Of a stretch of 64,000 nucleotides of DNA, positions 13,094 to 26,780 are shown in pieces. The notes beneath the pieces were generated by a model, which saw only the letters and a list, made by a program, of their open reading frames with translations, was not told where the DNA came from and did no database searches. Numbering within the stretch: position 1 is the first letter of the stretch; every line of letters begins with the position of its first letter. Where the stretch lies: NCBI GenBank assembly GCA_951406725.2, contig OX597814.1:33604001-33668000 (forward strand), written 5' to 3'. The DNA comes from Octopus vulgaris (taxonomy: Eukaryota). Made by a program: the position numbers and the translations under genes.

Positions 13094-13683
13094 CAAGACC
13101 CATCATGAGAATATATCGACGCATTCTACATCTATGTGCACGCGTTGCCTTGCATATCTTTTATCATCCGAACTAGAGATATTTCATATTTACATACATT
13201 TCTGTGCACGCCTATGCAGTCGTTTCTGCTGTATCGTATATATTAAACTGTACCGAAATATAAAATTATACACAAATTCATATCTACAAAAATAGATATT
13301 TTCCTGATATATATTTCATTATTTTATATGAGCGCTTAAGGATTTCTTCATTTTATTGCTAATCTCTATATCTCTCTTTTTTTTTCTTTCTTTCTTCCTG
13401 TTTTTCATCATTCTTTCTTTCATTTTTCACTTCCTTAGATCCTTATCCCACTGTGAGTGTAGGAATTGCTGAAGGCGAAAAAATTTCTACTCTAAATCAA
13501 CGAACAACTGTTGACGACTTACAAGTCGCCATCTATAGACATTTCCTTCAAGGACAATATGCAATATATGGAAACTCAAAGATTAACATTTCTTAATGTC
13601 TGTTAATATGCAATATATAGAAGAGCTCATAAATTAGCATTTCTGAATACAGTGCGTAGGTATTTGTATATTACCTTTCCTTT

Positions 13684-13713
13684 TTCATCATCATCATAAT
13701 CATCCTCATCATA

Positions 13714-13800
<87 letters not shown>

Positions 13801-13872
13801 TATAATATCATCCTCATCATCATTCTCATCATCATCATCCTCATCATATTCATCATCATCATCATTATTATC
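13684..13872. repeat. (ATC)n/(AAT)n trinucleotide tract
   Basis: Direct reading. Confidence 0.9.
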
Positions 13873-13889
13873 AGGGTTGCGCATTTGTA

Positions 13890-14075
13890 GAGGCGAAATG
13901 CTAGACAATATTTAGTTGTAACTTTTTTTAGTTTCATGTTCAAATCCCAGCTAGGTCAACTTTTCCTTCCATCCTTTGGGGGCTCGATAAAGTAAGTACC
14001 AGTTGAACTATAGAGTTAGAGTACTCCGCTTAACCTCTCCCCTAAAACTGCTGGCCTTGTGCCAAGATTTTAAAC
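13890..14075 (+). mobile_element. Diverged family D-like SINE
   Basis: gttcaaatcc B box; ttccatcctttgggggctcgataaagtaagtaccag centre. Confidence 0.6.
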
Positions 14076-14482
14076 AGGAGTGGCTGTGTGGTATGTAGCT
14101 TGCTTACCAACCACATGGTTCCGGGTTCAGTCCCACTGCATGACACCTTGGGCAAGTGTCTTCTACTATAGCCTCGAGCCGACCAAAGTCTTGTGAGTAA
14201 ATTAGGTAGACAGAAACTGAAAGAATCCCGTCGTATATATGTATATATATATATGTATATATGTGTGTGTGTTTATGTTTGTGTCTGTGTTTGTCCCCCC
14301 CAACATCGCTTGACAACCGATGCTGGTGTGTTTACATTCCCGTAACTTAGCGGGTCGACAAAAGATACCGATAGAATAAGTACTAGGCTTACAAAGAATA
14401 AATCCTGGGGTCGATTTGCTCGACTAAAGGCGGTGCTCCAGCATGGCCACAGTCAAAAATGACTGAAACAAGTGAAAGAGTA
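14076..14482 (+). mobile_element. tRNA-derived SINE, family B (central TA/TG tract)
   Basis: Near-identical to 62087-62513. Confidence 0.9.
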
Positions 14483-14676
14483 ATTATTATTGTATTATTG
14501 TATTATTGTAAATAATGTAAATAATGTAAATAATTATTATTGTAGTTCTTGTTTGTTTATATACCGTTGCTTTAATTAATACTAGAGACGTCATAGAACA
14601 TGATTTTTATTTCTAAAGATGCTAGTGGGTGATGTGTCGTACAATTCATAAAACATTCCTTTATAAAATTTTAGGG

Positions 14677-15049
14677 GGAAGCACTCCGCCGGTTACGACG
14701 ATGAGGGTTCCGGTTGATCTGAATCAACGGAACAGCCTGCTCGTGAAATTAACGTGTAAGTGGCTGAGCACTCCACAGACACGTGCACCCTTAACGTAGT
14801 TCTCGGGGGTATTCAGCGTGACACAGAGAGTGACAAGGCCGGCCCCTTGAAATACAGGTACAACAGAAACAGGAAGTAAGAGTGAGAGAAAGTTGTGGTG
14901 AAAGAGTACAGCAGGGATCACCACCCCCTCGTGGAGCTTTTAGGTGTTTTCGCTCAATAAACACTCACAACGCCCGGTCTGGGAAATCGAAACCGCGATC
15001 CTATGACCGCGAGTCCGCTGCCCTAACCACTGGGCCATTGCGCCTCCAC
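14677..15049 (-). mobile_element. tRNA-derived SINE, family A, with target-site duplication
   Basis: Reverse complement of the 6735 copy; ctttataaaattt on both flanks. Confidence 0.92.
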
Positions 15050-15099
15050 TTTATAAAATTTATAGTAACACAGAATGAGTAAGACTTCATTTACATGGA

Positions 15100-17195
15100 G
15101 AGGAATTTACGTAGAATTTATGAGATACTCATAAGTATGGCCTTTTGGAATTCACTTATTTTGGGGCTGCCAGGTATTTAGTCTATATATTTGCTTGCTC
15201 TCTTTCATGCCATTCTCAGCACCTCAATAACAATAGGTAATGATGTTGCTTTGAGATGTCACATTCTTCTGATTTCTATTAAGTCCTTATATTTGCTCAA
15301 TTTTTCAAGCGTTTTCAAAAATATGTTTTTGTGAAGTTAGTCTACAAAATCAATCAAAAGACGCCTTTACAACGTCATTTTTCGCTATGATATCATATGA
15401 TATCATTGACTTGAATTTCTCGGTCAGCCTGAGCACTAAAATTCCAAAGGACAGTAACTTCGGCATTCTAGGTAACTTTTGGTGGTATGTATTCCAACCA
15501 ATTATCTTTGTGAGGGAAATTTACATGGGCGGCATATTTACCAGTGTGTACATTGAGATGCCTTTACAAGAAATAAGGTAGCTTGCTAAAAAAAAGAAGT
15601 CAGACGGAATTTTTTGTTCCCTACATGCCCTGTAGTGTCCCCCTCTATGTAATGCCTTTATGGCAATTTAAAAGAAACAAAGTTGGTTGCATCCAGAAAT
15701 TATATGGTCGACTGGATCTGGATGTTTTTCCGCATACGCGACACGATAGGATGCTTTCCTGTTTAATGTACACTGGTAATACCTTATTGAGAAGGCGCAT
15801 GACTCAGTGGTTAGAGCGTCGAGCTTACGATCGTGAGGTTGTGAGCTCGAATCCCGAACCGGGCAGCGAGTTGTGTTCTTGAGCAAGACACCTTATTTCA
15901 CGTTGCTCCAATTCACTCAGCTGTAGAAATGAGTTGCGACGTCACAGGTGCCAAGTTGTATTTGGTGTTGCTTTTCCCTTGGATAACACTTGCGGCGTGG
16001 AGAGGGGAGGCCGGTATGCATGAGCGACTGCTGGTCTTCCATAAACAACCTTGCCCAGACTTGTACCTGGGAGGGTAACTTTCTAGGTGCAATCCCAAGG
16101 TCTGTGTCGTGACCGAAGTGGGTCTCAGAATACCTTATTACGGCTAATACCTTAGCAATAATATACTCTTAAGTTTCTGGCTTGAGATCAGAGCATGTCA
16201 GCCACCGAGGGTAAAGGTTTATTCTACATCAGGGTCCCTGGCTCTAACCAGATATTTTCCATACAGCTTTTTACTCTCTTTTCTCCCTAATGTTTGTTTG
16301 GATATATTTTTATTTATTTTGCCTTGTCAGTTGGAGGCACATTTTCTTCTGGTACTAGTTCGACTGACTGCTTTTCTCGAAGGTATATTATTACATTTTC
16401 GTCACTAATTGCAACTTTTTGAAACTTTTTTTTTTACACAAGCTGCACCCAATTGCAACTTTTTGATGTTTCAGAACCAGCTTTAGCATACAATCAGATG
16501 CATATCGCAAGTAGGCAGAGTGACTCATGGTTGCAATTTACAAAGAGAGTTGAGATTGTATTAATCCCCAAACAACTTCTTTTCTCGGAAGATACATTTA
16601 GTACATTCCGCGCTCGAATTTTGACATCAACTTCGTTGATCTCAGAGATGGACCGGGTAATAGTATTGAAGCTGTATGTGATTACAAGCATGGCCAATGT
16701 GTTTATGGCTCCAATTTCATTTCTGGTATTCAATTCAGTTTTCAGAAAAGTTCTTACATAGAATTTGTTTCTTATCTTTTCTCTCAATAACGAGTTCTTA
16801 TTCCATCTTCTTCACAGATAGCTTGATACTTATAACTACCCTCAGGTTCTAATTCTGTCATTTTGGTATCTCATCTTGAGTAATGTTGCATGTGTTTGAT
16901 TGTTTCCTCTTGACAGATGTAGCCTTGGTCACAATATTCAAGAGACAAATTCCACTTTGACGTCACCTCTAAATTGTTTGACCGTATGAAAGAGCGTTTG
17001 GAGTTGTTGAGCATTTTTCGCAAAAGAGCTGATTGATCGTTTTTCCATATGCCTTCTATGCAATAATTCGTTTCATTTAACAGTTTATTTGGGGGAAAGA
17101 GAGCTAAACAGAATAAGAAAAGAGATAATGAGTTTCTTTGGAAGATTTCACAATGAATATCAACTTCTCCAAAGTTTATAGTTTTAGAGTCCATG
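15100..17195 (-). mobile_element. Degenerate R4/Dong-type LINE, RT-to-RLE portion, interrupted by a SINE
   Basis: EIFQRNSLSLFLFCLAL (degenerate QGDSLSP motif), ELNTRNEIGAINTLAMLVITYSF, VDHIISGC. Confidence 0.7.
15794..16128 (+). mobile_element. tRNA-derived SINE, family C, with target-site duplication
   Basis: A/B boxes; aataccttatt on both flanks; second copy at 33113-33376. Confidence 0.88.
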
Positions 17196-17199
17196 TTGA

Positions 17200-19450
17200 G
17201 AACTAATGTGATTTACCAGAGCTTAACGGCAGCTTCTAATACTCGTAGATACTTTCCTCCTTTCAATGATTCTAATGTATGGTCATCTGGTAATTGTATG
17301 CCTTCGCTCTTGACTACCTGTTCCCTTCTCATGACTAATATTGCACACTTATCTATGCGAAATTCCATGCCTATATCTTTGCTGGAAGGTCTTGCAGTTT
17401 GTATTAAGGAATCTATCTCTTTTTCATTCTTACTAAAAAGCTTCATATCATCCATGTAGAGGAAATGGTTAATTTTTCCCTTACTATTTCTGAACTGATA
17501 CCCTGCCTTTGCCTCCCTTAATACTAAACTGAGGGAGATCAAACATAAGATAAATATTAAAGGGAACAACGAGTCACCCTGGAAAATTTCTTTTGATATT
17601 AACTATCCTTAACAGTAGATAGTAGAGATCTACTTTCCATTTCTTTATGCTAAAGCTAATTTTTTCTCTTGTGTTGTCTGCTATACTGAATATACTCAAT
17701 CATTCACTTATCCATGAGTGTGGGATCATGTCATAGGATTTCCTATAATCTATCCATTCTATTGTTGGATTTTTTTCTTTCTAGCTTTTACTTCATTTAG
17801 AGCTGCTTTGTCTATATATAATAGATCATGCGTTCCTCTCGCCTTCTTCCTGTAACCTTTCTGTAAATTCTGGTTGTCAAGGTGCTCGTAAATGCTTTCC
17901 GAAAGCATGTCTGTTAACAGCTTCCACACTAATGGTAAGCAAGTGATTGGTCTATAGTTGCTAGCTGTATTACCCTTGCTTTTATCTTTCATAAGGAGTA
18001 TTGTCCTCCCTCTAGTCATCCAACCTGGTATTATTCCTCCATTAAGGCAATCTTGAAGTTGTTCCTGCAGCCTCCCATATAATCTACTAAATTTTTTAGC
18101 CAGGACTCTTGAATATAAATCCGGTCCTGGCCCTTCCAATTCGGCATTTCCCTTAACACTTTATTCATTAATGCACTAGTTAATTTTAGTTCTGACTGCT
18201 TCTCACTCACCACTTCTTCCCTCACTTTTTTTAACCATACTGCTTCTCCATTGTGATTGACTGGCTTATCCTAGATATTACTCCAGAACTTTCTAGCTTC
18301 TTCTGCACTGGGTTTCTCATCTTCAGTACTTCGTTTTCCCCTAATTATTTGGTTATAAAATTTCCTCTGGTCTGTCTCAAATAATCTGTTCTGTTAATAC
18401 TGATATATTTTTTTCTGATATCTGGAGAGCTTGCCTGCCACTGCTATGATTCGCTTTTTCAATTCTTCTATTACTGTCCCAAATACTTTCCCTTTGACTT
18501 AGTATCTTTTCACGGGGGCAGATTTGCCTCTTGTGTTTCCTAACTTGTTCAGTTTTCAGGCTTCTATTCTACTCAGATCTTGTCTTAAAATCTTCACTTT
18601 ATTTTGTAGTCTTCTTTTCCACATCTGCTCTTTTTTTAATCTTTCCCAATGAGATATCTAATCTTCTGGTGACTACTACTCCTCCGGCATAGATCAGTAT
18701 ATTAGTGTCTCCTATATTTTTAGTATCTATCCTACTAATAACAGAATCTACTTTCCTAATCATTTCTAGCAGCTTCCTACTGTTGGTGTCTTTTAATGCT
18801 GGCAATATTTTACTTCTTTACTCATTACTTCCTGCGGCGAATCTAAAACTTCTGACTTTCCTTACTTAAATCACTTAAGTTGCTAGTACAATTGATCCTT
18901 CCTTATTGGTTATGCTATTATTATTTTTCCTCTAGATTCTTCTTTGGTTTGAACTGTATCTCTTATGTTGTTGTTTGTCTTTCCTACTGCTTGGTCTTTC
19001 TTTTCCAGTTCTCATGTGATCTCTACTACCTCCAATTCTGTCATCCACTTCCTTCTTCTAATAGCATTTGCTTGATCAACTAATCTCTACTCAGTCACTT
19101 TAAACATATCCTTCTCTACCCAAAGTGTTAACATCTGTTTTCTATTGCCCCTTCTTTTAGGCTCACTTTCTAAGTAGCTCTGCATCACTATCCTGTTTTC
19201 TTCACTGGTCCACTTCCTCCTCCTTGCTCTATTATCTGCTAATGATGTATTAGGATAACAACTGTGGTCAGTCTGCATCCTTACTGAACCACTGCCGGGC
19301 GAGAGGCCTTCCCTTAAAAGTCCAGCTTCCTTTTTGCTGATACAACCAGAGTTTCTTCGGTAACTCCTGTCTCTTGTAAACTGAAGTAAGGTAACGTTTG
19401 TCACCATCGTCATCACTACTATTATTTTTCGATACCTGATAGTTTCAAGC
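17200..19450 (-). mobile_element. Degenerate R4/Dong-type LINE, N-terminus to RT
   Basis: RRKWTSEENRIVMQSY, GRTILLMKDKSKG..NYRPITCL, INHFLYMDDMKLF, DIGMEFRIDKCA. Confidence 0.88.
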
Positions 19451-20446
19451 AACTCGCTTTTGCATCCTGTGTTGCACCTTTGTGCCGCTGATGTGTGTCT
19501 GCTGCATTTTGGGGGTGGGGATGTTGTATTGCATCAGTATGTTTTGTTATGGGGTTTGGTTTTAATCTCCTGTAGTATTAGTTTTTGTATTTTGTGTTTG
19601 TGCAGCGCAGGTTGTATTATTCCGTTGGGTTTAGGACTTCAATGAGAAATGTTGTAGGCTTTGTTCATTTTGTTTGGTATTTACTGTATGCGTTTATTTC
19701 TTATGTTTTGGAGGAGTGTTGCATAGTAGTATGTGTAAATCATAAATCAACCATTTCATAGTATTCATGGTTATCTGTCCCTCGTTCTTGCCTTTTTGTT
19801 GGTTTTGTTATGGGTCCGTCTTTACAGCGTTTATTTTTTGACAGAACACCGCCCATGGACATGTGTTGATGTTTCACTCGTATTTATAATTATCGATGCA
19901 TAAGCGAGAGACCGACAAGAAACTGTAATATACATACAGAGAGAAGTTTTGTATAAATATGTATACATATGTAATTAAAATTTAAAATTTTAAAATTTTA
20001 CTCACAGGTTTGCAGTTTTTGTATAGAAAAGTTGCAGTCCATGTGTTTACATTTTCACGTACGTATTGCTGTGGTGGCGCATCTGAGGGAAGCTATTTCA
20101 AGGCTAAAACAATGCGAAGCGCATTGTGATCAGCGATGTGTAGCAACATCTGATAGCCTGGCCGATCACGGTGATCACGGTGATATTTGTATGTATTATG
20201 TATATATGTATATGTGTGTATGCATGTATGTATGTATGTATGTATGTATGTATGTATGTATGTATGTATAATTTCTATATAAGGAAAATCTTTCAGTTTC
20301 CTGGGATGGTTTATATCAAAACAGTTTTCTTTCATTGTTTTTGTAGATTCTTAATTCTTGCTTCGTGAGGGTTTCAGATTTAATCTATTCCTGGCAGCTC
20401 ACTGTCACACGTCCATGCTGTTTCTATTTGATGCGGTATTCCAGCT

Positions 20447-20510
20447 TATTATTATCATTATCATTATTATCATTATCATTATTAACATTATCATTATCAT
20501 TATTATTATA

Positions 20511-20582
<72 letters not shown>
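20447..20582. repeat. (ATT)n microsatellite
   Basis: Direct reading; further tracts at 20872-20966 and 21798-21872. Confidence 0.95.
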
Positions 20583-20585
<3 letters not shown>

Positions 20586-20872
20586 TAGTTTTATTTTTAT
20601 AGCGTGCTTTCATTTCACTACCGAGCGCAGCTCTGTGTGCCTTGGGTATGTGCTGTGATTTGTTGTGATGCTCTGATGGTTATTGTATGGAAAGTGTTCT
20701 GCGTAGGATGTGTGCAGTGCCTAGTAGTGCAATTTTCTGTATGTTATATGTGTTTGTAAGTCCTGGTGTTTTTGTTATGTATTTGTCTGAATATTTTTTT
20801 ATCATGCCTTATGCACCTACTATGATAGGAATTGTTTCTGTTTTCAGATTCCACATTCTAGTTACCTCTATT
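20583..20872 (-). mobile_element. Dong-like LINE 3' end in (TAA)n
   Basis: IEVTRMWNLKTETIPIIVGA..IQKIALLGTAHILRR C-terminus plus 3' UTR running into (AAT)n. Confidence 0.82.
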
Positions 20873-20878
20873 TTATTA

Positions 20879-20912
<34 letters not shown>

Positions 20913-20929
20913 CATCATCATCATCATCA

Positions 20930-20966
<37 letters not shown>

Positions 20967-21797
20967 GTTTTGTCCTTCTTTCTTCAATTTTCTTCTGTTT
21001 CTCGCCGAGTGTTTTCCATACACCTAGGGCAGAGAAGGGCATTGTATGCATTCCCAGATTACACACTCAAATTCACAGATGAAATATGTATTTAAAAATT
21101 AATAAATAAATAAATTCATGGATGGATGTTATTTTCACAACGATAGTGCTCTTCTCAGTACATGAGCCGTTCCAGTTAATACGATTTTTTGCACTTCCTG
21201 TAGGGATGGTAAGCCTGGAATCATTTTCAAATAGGTTTCAGTACCGTTTGTATCATTCCTAGAGATCCTATAATCACTGGTACTGTAGTCGCCTTGAGAT
21301 GCCACATTTTTTCAATTTCCATTAACAGGTCTTTATATTTACTAATCTTGTCAAATTCTTTCGCCGCTATATTGTGATCACAGGGAATACTCATGTCAAT
21401 TAATAAATACATCCTTTTTGTCTGATCTTTTATAATGATATCCGGTTTATTGGCTTTTATCGTCCTGTCGGTCTGCACGGGGAAGTCCCATAGAATCGAC
21501 ACATTTTCTCCCTCAGTCACAGCTTCAGGATGATGTTTATACCATTTGTCAGCGGTTTTGATTTTATAATGCCGACATATTGTCCAGTGTAAATACTGGC
21601 CAACTCTGTCATGTCTTGCTTTATATTCTGCAGGGGCTAAGACTCTACACCCTGAGATTAGGTGGTCTATTGTTTCAATCTCATTGTTACAGAATCGGCA
21701 TTTTGGGTCAGCTCCATTTTTCATCACATTGGCTTGGTAGTTCCGGGTAAATAAGCTTTGGTCTTGAGCAGCTAATATGAAACCTTCACTCTCTGCT
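20967..21797 (-). mobile_element. Dong-like LINE 3' end (CCHC + RLE) in (TAA)n
   Basis: CRFCNNEIETIDHLISGC, RHDRVG, NKPDIIIKD..LIDMSIP..KISKYKDL; flanked on both sides by (ATT)n. Confidence 0.9.
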
Positions 21798-21836
21798 TTA
21801 TTATTATTATTATTATCATCATCATCATCATCATCA

Positions 21837-21875
<39 letters not shown>

Positions 21876-22159
21876 GAAAACTGACAGCTTATTTTGCTGG
21901 GTATGATAGAAAGTGTCAGCTGTCCACAGCCAGCAGATTAAGGTGACACTTATTTCCTAGTCATGCTTCAAGAACCCTGCGAAGAATTCTTGCAGTTTAC
22001 TTGTTTACTCTACTTATGACTTGTAGAATGGCTAGCAATTGCTGGATTACGACCGGGCGCATCCTGCTACACAGTGGGACAACTACCGATTGCGGCACCT
22101 TCACCATTTGTTCCAGTTCCATTCATACCGTTATCGTCATCTATTTTGTTTGGCATTTT

Positions 22160-25100
22160 CAATGGCACTCTTCTTTAAATTTTGACTCTATATCTTCAGG
22201 AGGAGTTACCTCAATCCTTTATACATTAACCAAAATTATTTTTTGAACCAGTTGAAGACACACAAGATGTCGAAATATCGTTCACTAGATAACAATGGCA
22301 CTCTTCTTTTAATTTTGACTCCTTATCTTCCAGAGGAGTTACCTCAATCCTTTATATATTAACCAAAATGAAGTAGATTGACAAAATTATTTTTTGAACC
22401 AGTTGAAGTCACACAAGATGTCGAAATATCGTTCACTAGATAACAATGGCACTCTTCTTTTAATTTTGACTCCTTATCTTCAGGAGGAGTTACCTCAATC
22501 CTTTATATATTAACCAAAATAAAGTAGATTGACAAAATTCTTTTTTGAACCAGTTGAAGACACACGAGATGTCGAAATATCGTTCACTAGATAACAATGG
22601 CACTCTTCTTTTAATTTTGACTCTATATCTTCAGGAGGAGTTACCTCAATCCTTTATATATTAACCAAAATGAAGTAGATTGACAAAATTCTTTTTTGAA
22701 CCAGTTGAAGACACACAAGATGTCGAAATATCATTCACTAGATAACAATGGCACTATTCTTTTAATTTTGACTCTATATCTTCAGGAGGAGTTATCCCAA
22801 TCCTTTATATATTAACCAAAATGCAGTAGATTGACAAAATTATTTTTTGAACCAGTTGAAGTCACACAAGATGTCGAAATATCGTTCACTAGATAACAAT
22901 GGCACTCTTCTTTTAATTTTGACTCCTTATCTTCAGGAGGAGTTACCCCAATCCTTTATATATTAACCAAAATGCAGTAGATTGACAAAATTAGTTTTTG
23001 AACCAGTTGAAGTCACACAAGATGTCGAAATATCGTTCACTAGATAACAATGGCACTCTTCTTTTAATTTTGACTCCTTATCTTCAGGAGGAGTTACCTC
23101 AATCCTTTATATATTAACCAAAATGCAGTAGATTGACAAAATTAGTTTTTGAACCAGTTGAAGTCACACAAGATGTCGAAATATTGTTCACTAGATAACA
23201 ATGGCACTCTTCTTTTAATTTTGACTCCTTATCTTCAGGAGGAGTTACCTCAATCCTTTATATATTAACCAAAATAAAGTAGATTGACAAACTTATTTTT
23301 TGAACCAGTTGAAGACACGCAAGATGTCGAAATATCGTTCACTAGATAACAATGGCACTCTTCTTTTAATTTTGACTCCTTATCTTCAGGAGGAGTTACC
23401 TCAATCCTTTATATATTAACCAAAATAAAGTAGATTGACAAACTTATTTTTTGAACCAGTTGAAGACACGCAAGATGTCGAAATATCGTTCACTAGATAA
23501 CAATGGCACTCTTCTTTTAATTTTGACTCCTTATCTTCAGGAGGAGTTACCTCAATCCTTTATATATTAACCAAAATGCAGTAGATTGACAAACTTATTT
23601 TTTGAACCAGTTGAAGACACGCAAGATGTCGAAATATCGTTCACTAGATAACAATGGCACTCTTCTTTTAATTTTGACTTTATATCTTCAGGAGGAGTTA
23701 CCTCAATCCTTTATATATTAACCAAAATAAAGTAGATTGACAAACTTATTTTTGAACCAGTTGAAGACACGCAAGATGTCGAAATATCATTCACTAGATA
23801 ACAATGGCACTCTTCTTTTAATTTTGACTCCTTATCTTCAGGAGGAGTTACCTCAATCCTTTATATATTAACCAAAATAAAGTAGATTGACAAACTTATT
23901 TTTTGAACCAGTTGAAGACACGCAAGATGTCGAAATATCGTTCACTAGATAACAATGGCACTCTTCTTTTAATTTTGACTCTATATCTTCAGGAGGAGTT
24001 ACCTCAATCCTTTATATATTAACCAAAATACAGTAGATTGACAAACTTATTTTTTGAACCAGTTGAAGACACGCAAGATGTCGAAATATCGTTCACTAGA
24101 TAACAATGGCACTCTTCTTTTAATTTTGACTCCTTATCTTCAGGAGGAGTTACCTCAATCCTTTATATATTAACCAAAATGCAGTAGATTGACAAACTTA
24201 TTTTTTGAACCAGTTGAAGGCACACAAGATGTCGAAATATCGTTCACTAGATAACAATGGCACTCTTCTTTTAATTTTGACTCCTTATCTTCAGGAGGAG
24301 TTACCTCAATCCTTTATATATTAACCAAAATGCAGTAGATTGACAAACTTATTTTTTGAACCAGTTGAAGACACGCAAGATGTCGAAATATCGTTCACTA
24401 GATAACAATGGCACTCTTCTTTTAATTTTGACTTTATATCTTCAGGAGGAGTTACCTCAATCCTTTATATATTAACCAAAATAAAGTAGATTGACAAACT
24501 TATTTTTTGAACCAGTTGAAGACACGCAAGATGTCGAAATATCATTCACTAGATAACAATGGCACTCTTCTTTTAATGTTGACTCCTTATCTTCAGGAGG
24601 AGTTACCTCAATCCTTTATATATTAACCAAAATAAAGTAGATTGACAAACTTATTTTTTGAACCAGTTGAAGACACGCAAGATGTCGAAATATCGTTCAC
24701 TAGATAACAATGGCACTCTTCTTTTAATTTTGACTCCTTATCTTCAGGAGGAGTTACCTCAATCCTTTATATATTAACCAAAATAATGTAGATTGACAAA
24801 CTTATTTTTTGAACCAGTTGAAGACACGCAAGATGTCGAAATATCATTCACTAGATAACAATGGCACTCTTCTTTTAATTTTGACTCCTTATCTTCAGGA
24901 GGAGTTACCTCAATCCTTTATATATTAACCAAAATGCAGTAGATTGACAAACTTATTTTTTGAACCAGTTGAAGACACGCAAGATGTCGAAATATCATTC
25001 CCTAGATAACAATGGCACTCTTCTTTTAATTTTGACTCTATATCTTCAGGAGGAGTTACCTCAATCCTTTATATATTAACCAAAATAAAGTAGATTGACA

Positions 25101-25317
25101 AACTTATTTTTTGAACCAGTTGAAGACACGCAAGATGTCGAAATATCATTCACTAGATAACAATGGCACTCTTCTTTTAATTTTGACTCCTATATCTTCA
25201 GGAGGAGTTACCTCAATCCTTTATATATTAACCAAAATGCAGTAGATTGACAAACTTATTTTTTGAACCAGTTGAAGACACACAAGATGTCGAAATATCG
25301 TTCACTAGATAACAATG
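22160..25317 (+). repeat. Tandem array of 151-bp units (21 copies of the core motif), each with a hammerhead-like fold
   Basis: gaaccagttg starts at 22245, 22396, 22547 ... 25265 (period 151); units differ by a few SNPs. Confidence 0.97.
22244..22284 (+). ncRNA. Minimal type I hammerhead-like motif, variant core CAGUUGA (first of 21 copies)
   Basis: tgaac-CAGTTGA-a-gaca(cacaaga)tgtc-GAAA-ta-TC-gttca; same layout as the motif at 10730. Confidence 0.55.
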
Positions 25318-25319
25318 AT

Positions 25320-25492
25320 ATACGTATATATACGACAGGCTTCGTACATTCTCCGTCTACCAAATCCAAACCACTCACAAGGCTTACGTCGGCAAGAGTA
25401 GAAGACGCTTACCCAAGGTGTCATGCGGTGGAACTGAACCCGAGGCCAGGTGGTTGGGAAGCAAGCTTCTTACCACACACCCACTCCTGCGC
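25320..25492 (-). mobile_element. SINE family B 5' half, diverged
   Basis: Reverse-complement head; its central TA tract abuts the end of the 151-bp array. Confidence 0.7.
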
Positions 25493-25854
25493 CGATACAT
25501 TATATGATTTGCCTAACAGTGGTTTTATCTCTAATTTAATATAATATATATATATATTGCGGCGTACGTACACTTTGCTCTTTTATATGTAAGTATATAT
25601 ATATATGCATAATACATAAGTACATACGTACGTACATACATACATACGTACATCTGCGTGGCAGTAGGGTAACGTGGGCGCGCCTGCACGTGCTGGAAAA
25701 TGAACATATTTTAACCTCTCGTCATTTTTATACGCTTTTCAGCAAATCTATTTATTGTTATAGCTTTTAAACTATATAGTTGAGGAGGGAAAAAAATAAG
25801 TAAAAGACTTCAAGTTTTAAAGGGTTCTCTTTTCCATTTTTGCAATTCTTAATT

Positions 25855-25906
<52 letters not shown>

Positions 25907-26300
25907 ACACAACCATACATACATATATACATTATATCAGTTTAGTATGCATGAAATGTTCGTGTACCTATATACACATAAGTATAGAAATATGTGTGCG
26001 CGTTTGTGCGTGTATATATGAATATGTAAGTATGTGTGTATGTATGTATGTATGTATGTATGTATAGACACAGACAGACAGATAGACAGGTAGATAGATA
26101 GGTAGATAGACAGGTAGATAGATAGGTAGAGGGATGCATGGATGGATGGGGATTACAAAATATGGAATAAGTACTCCGTATCTAATTGAAACCAATATAA
26201 ACCTTTACACATACAATATACATTAACATACGTGCATATATATGATGAATAGTAGTAGTAGTAATAGTTCTGTTGTTTCAAACAATTATATACCTGTTTG

Positions 26301-26337
<37 letters not shown>

Positions 26338-26368
26338 ATTTCTATATACATATACATACACACACACA

Positions 26369-26471
<103 letters not shown>

Positions 26472-26497
26472 GTAGATAGATAGATAGATAGATATTG

Positions 26498-26528
<31 letters not shown>

Positions 26529-26717
26529 TGAAAACATACGTGCATTAATATACATACATGCATGTATATAATCTGATGAAAATATCATTTAACATGTTTA
26601 TTCTTTATGTATAATATAATTTATTGCACTTACATATGCCTTATATATTAATGTATACATATACACATACATATATATACATATATATATATACATACAT
26701 ACACATACATATATATG

Positions 26718-26772
<55 letters not shown>

Positions 26773-26780
<8 letters not shown>

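Noticed and set aside
22190-22205. CTGAAGA on the minus strand of each 151-bp unit as a second hammerhead
   Set aside because: No downstream GAAA or stem II/III can be built
22160-25317. CRISPR-like array or coding repeat
   Set aside because: Units are wholly repeated with no unique spacers, there are no cas genes, the context is eukaryotic and no long ORF spans the array
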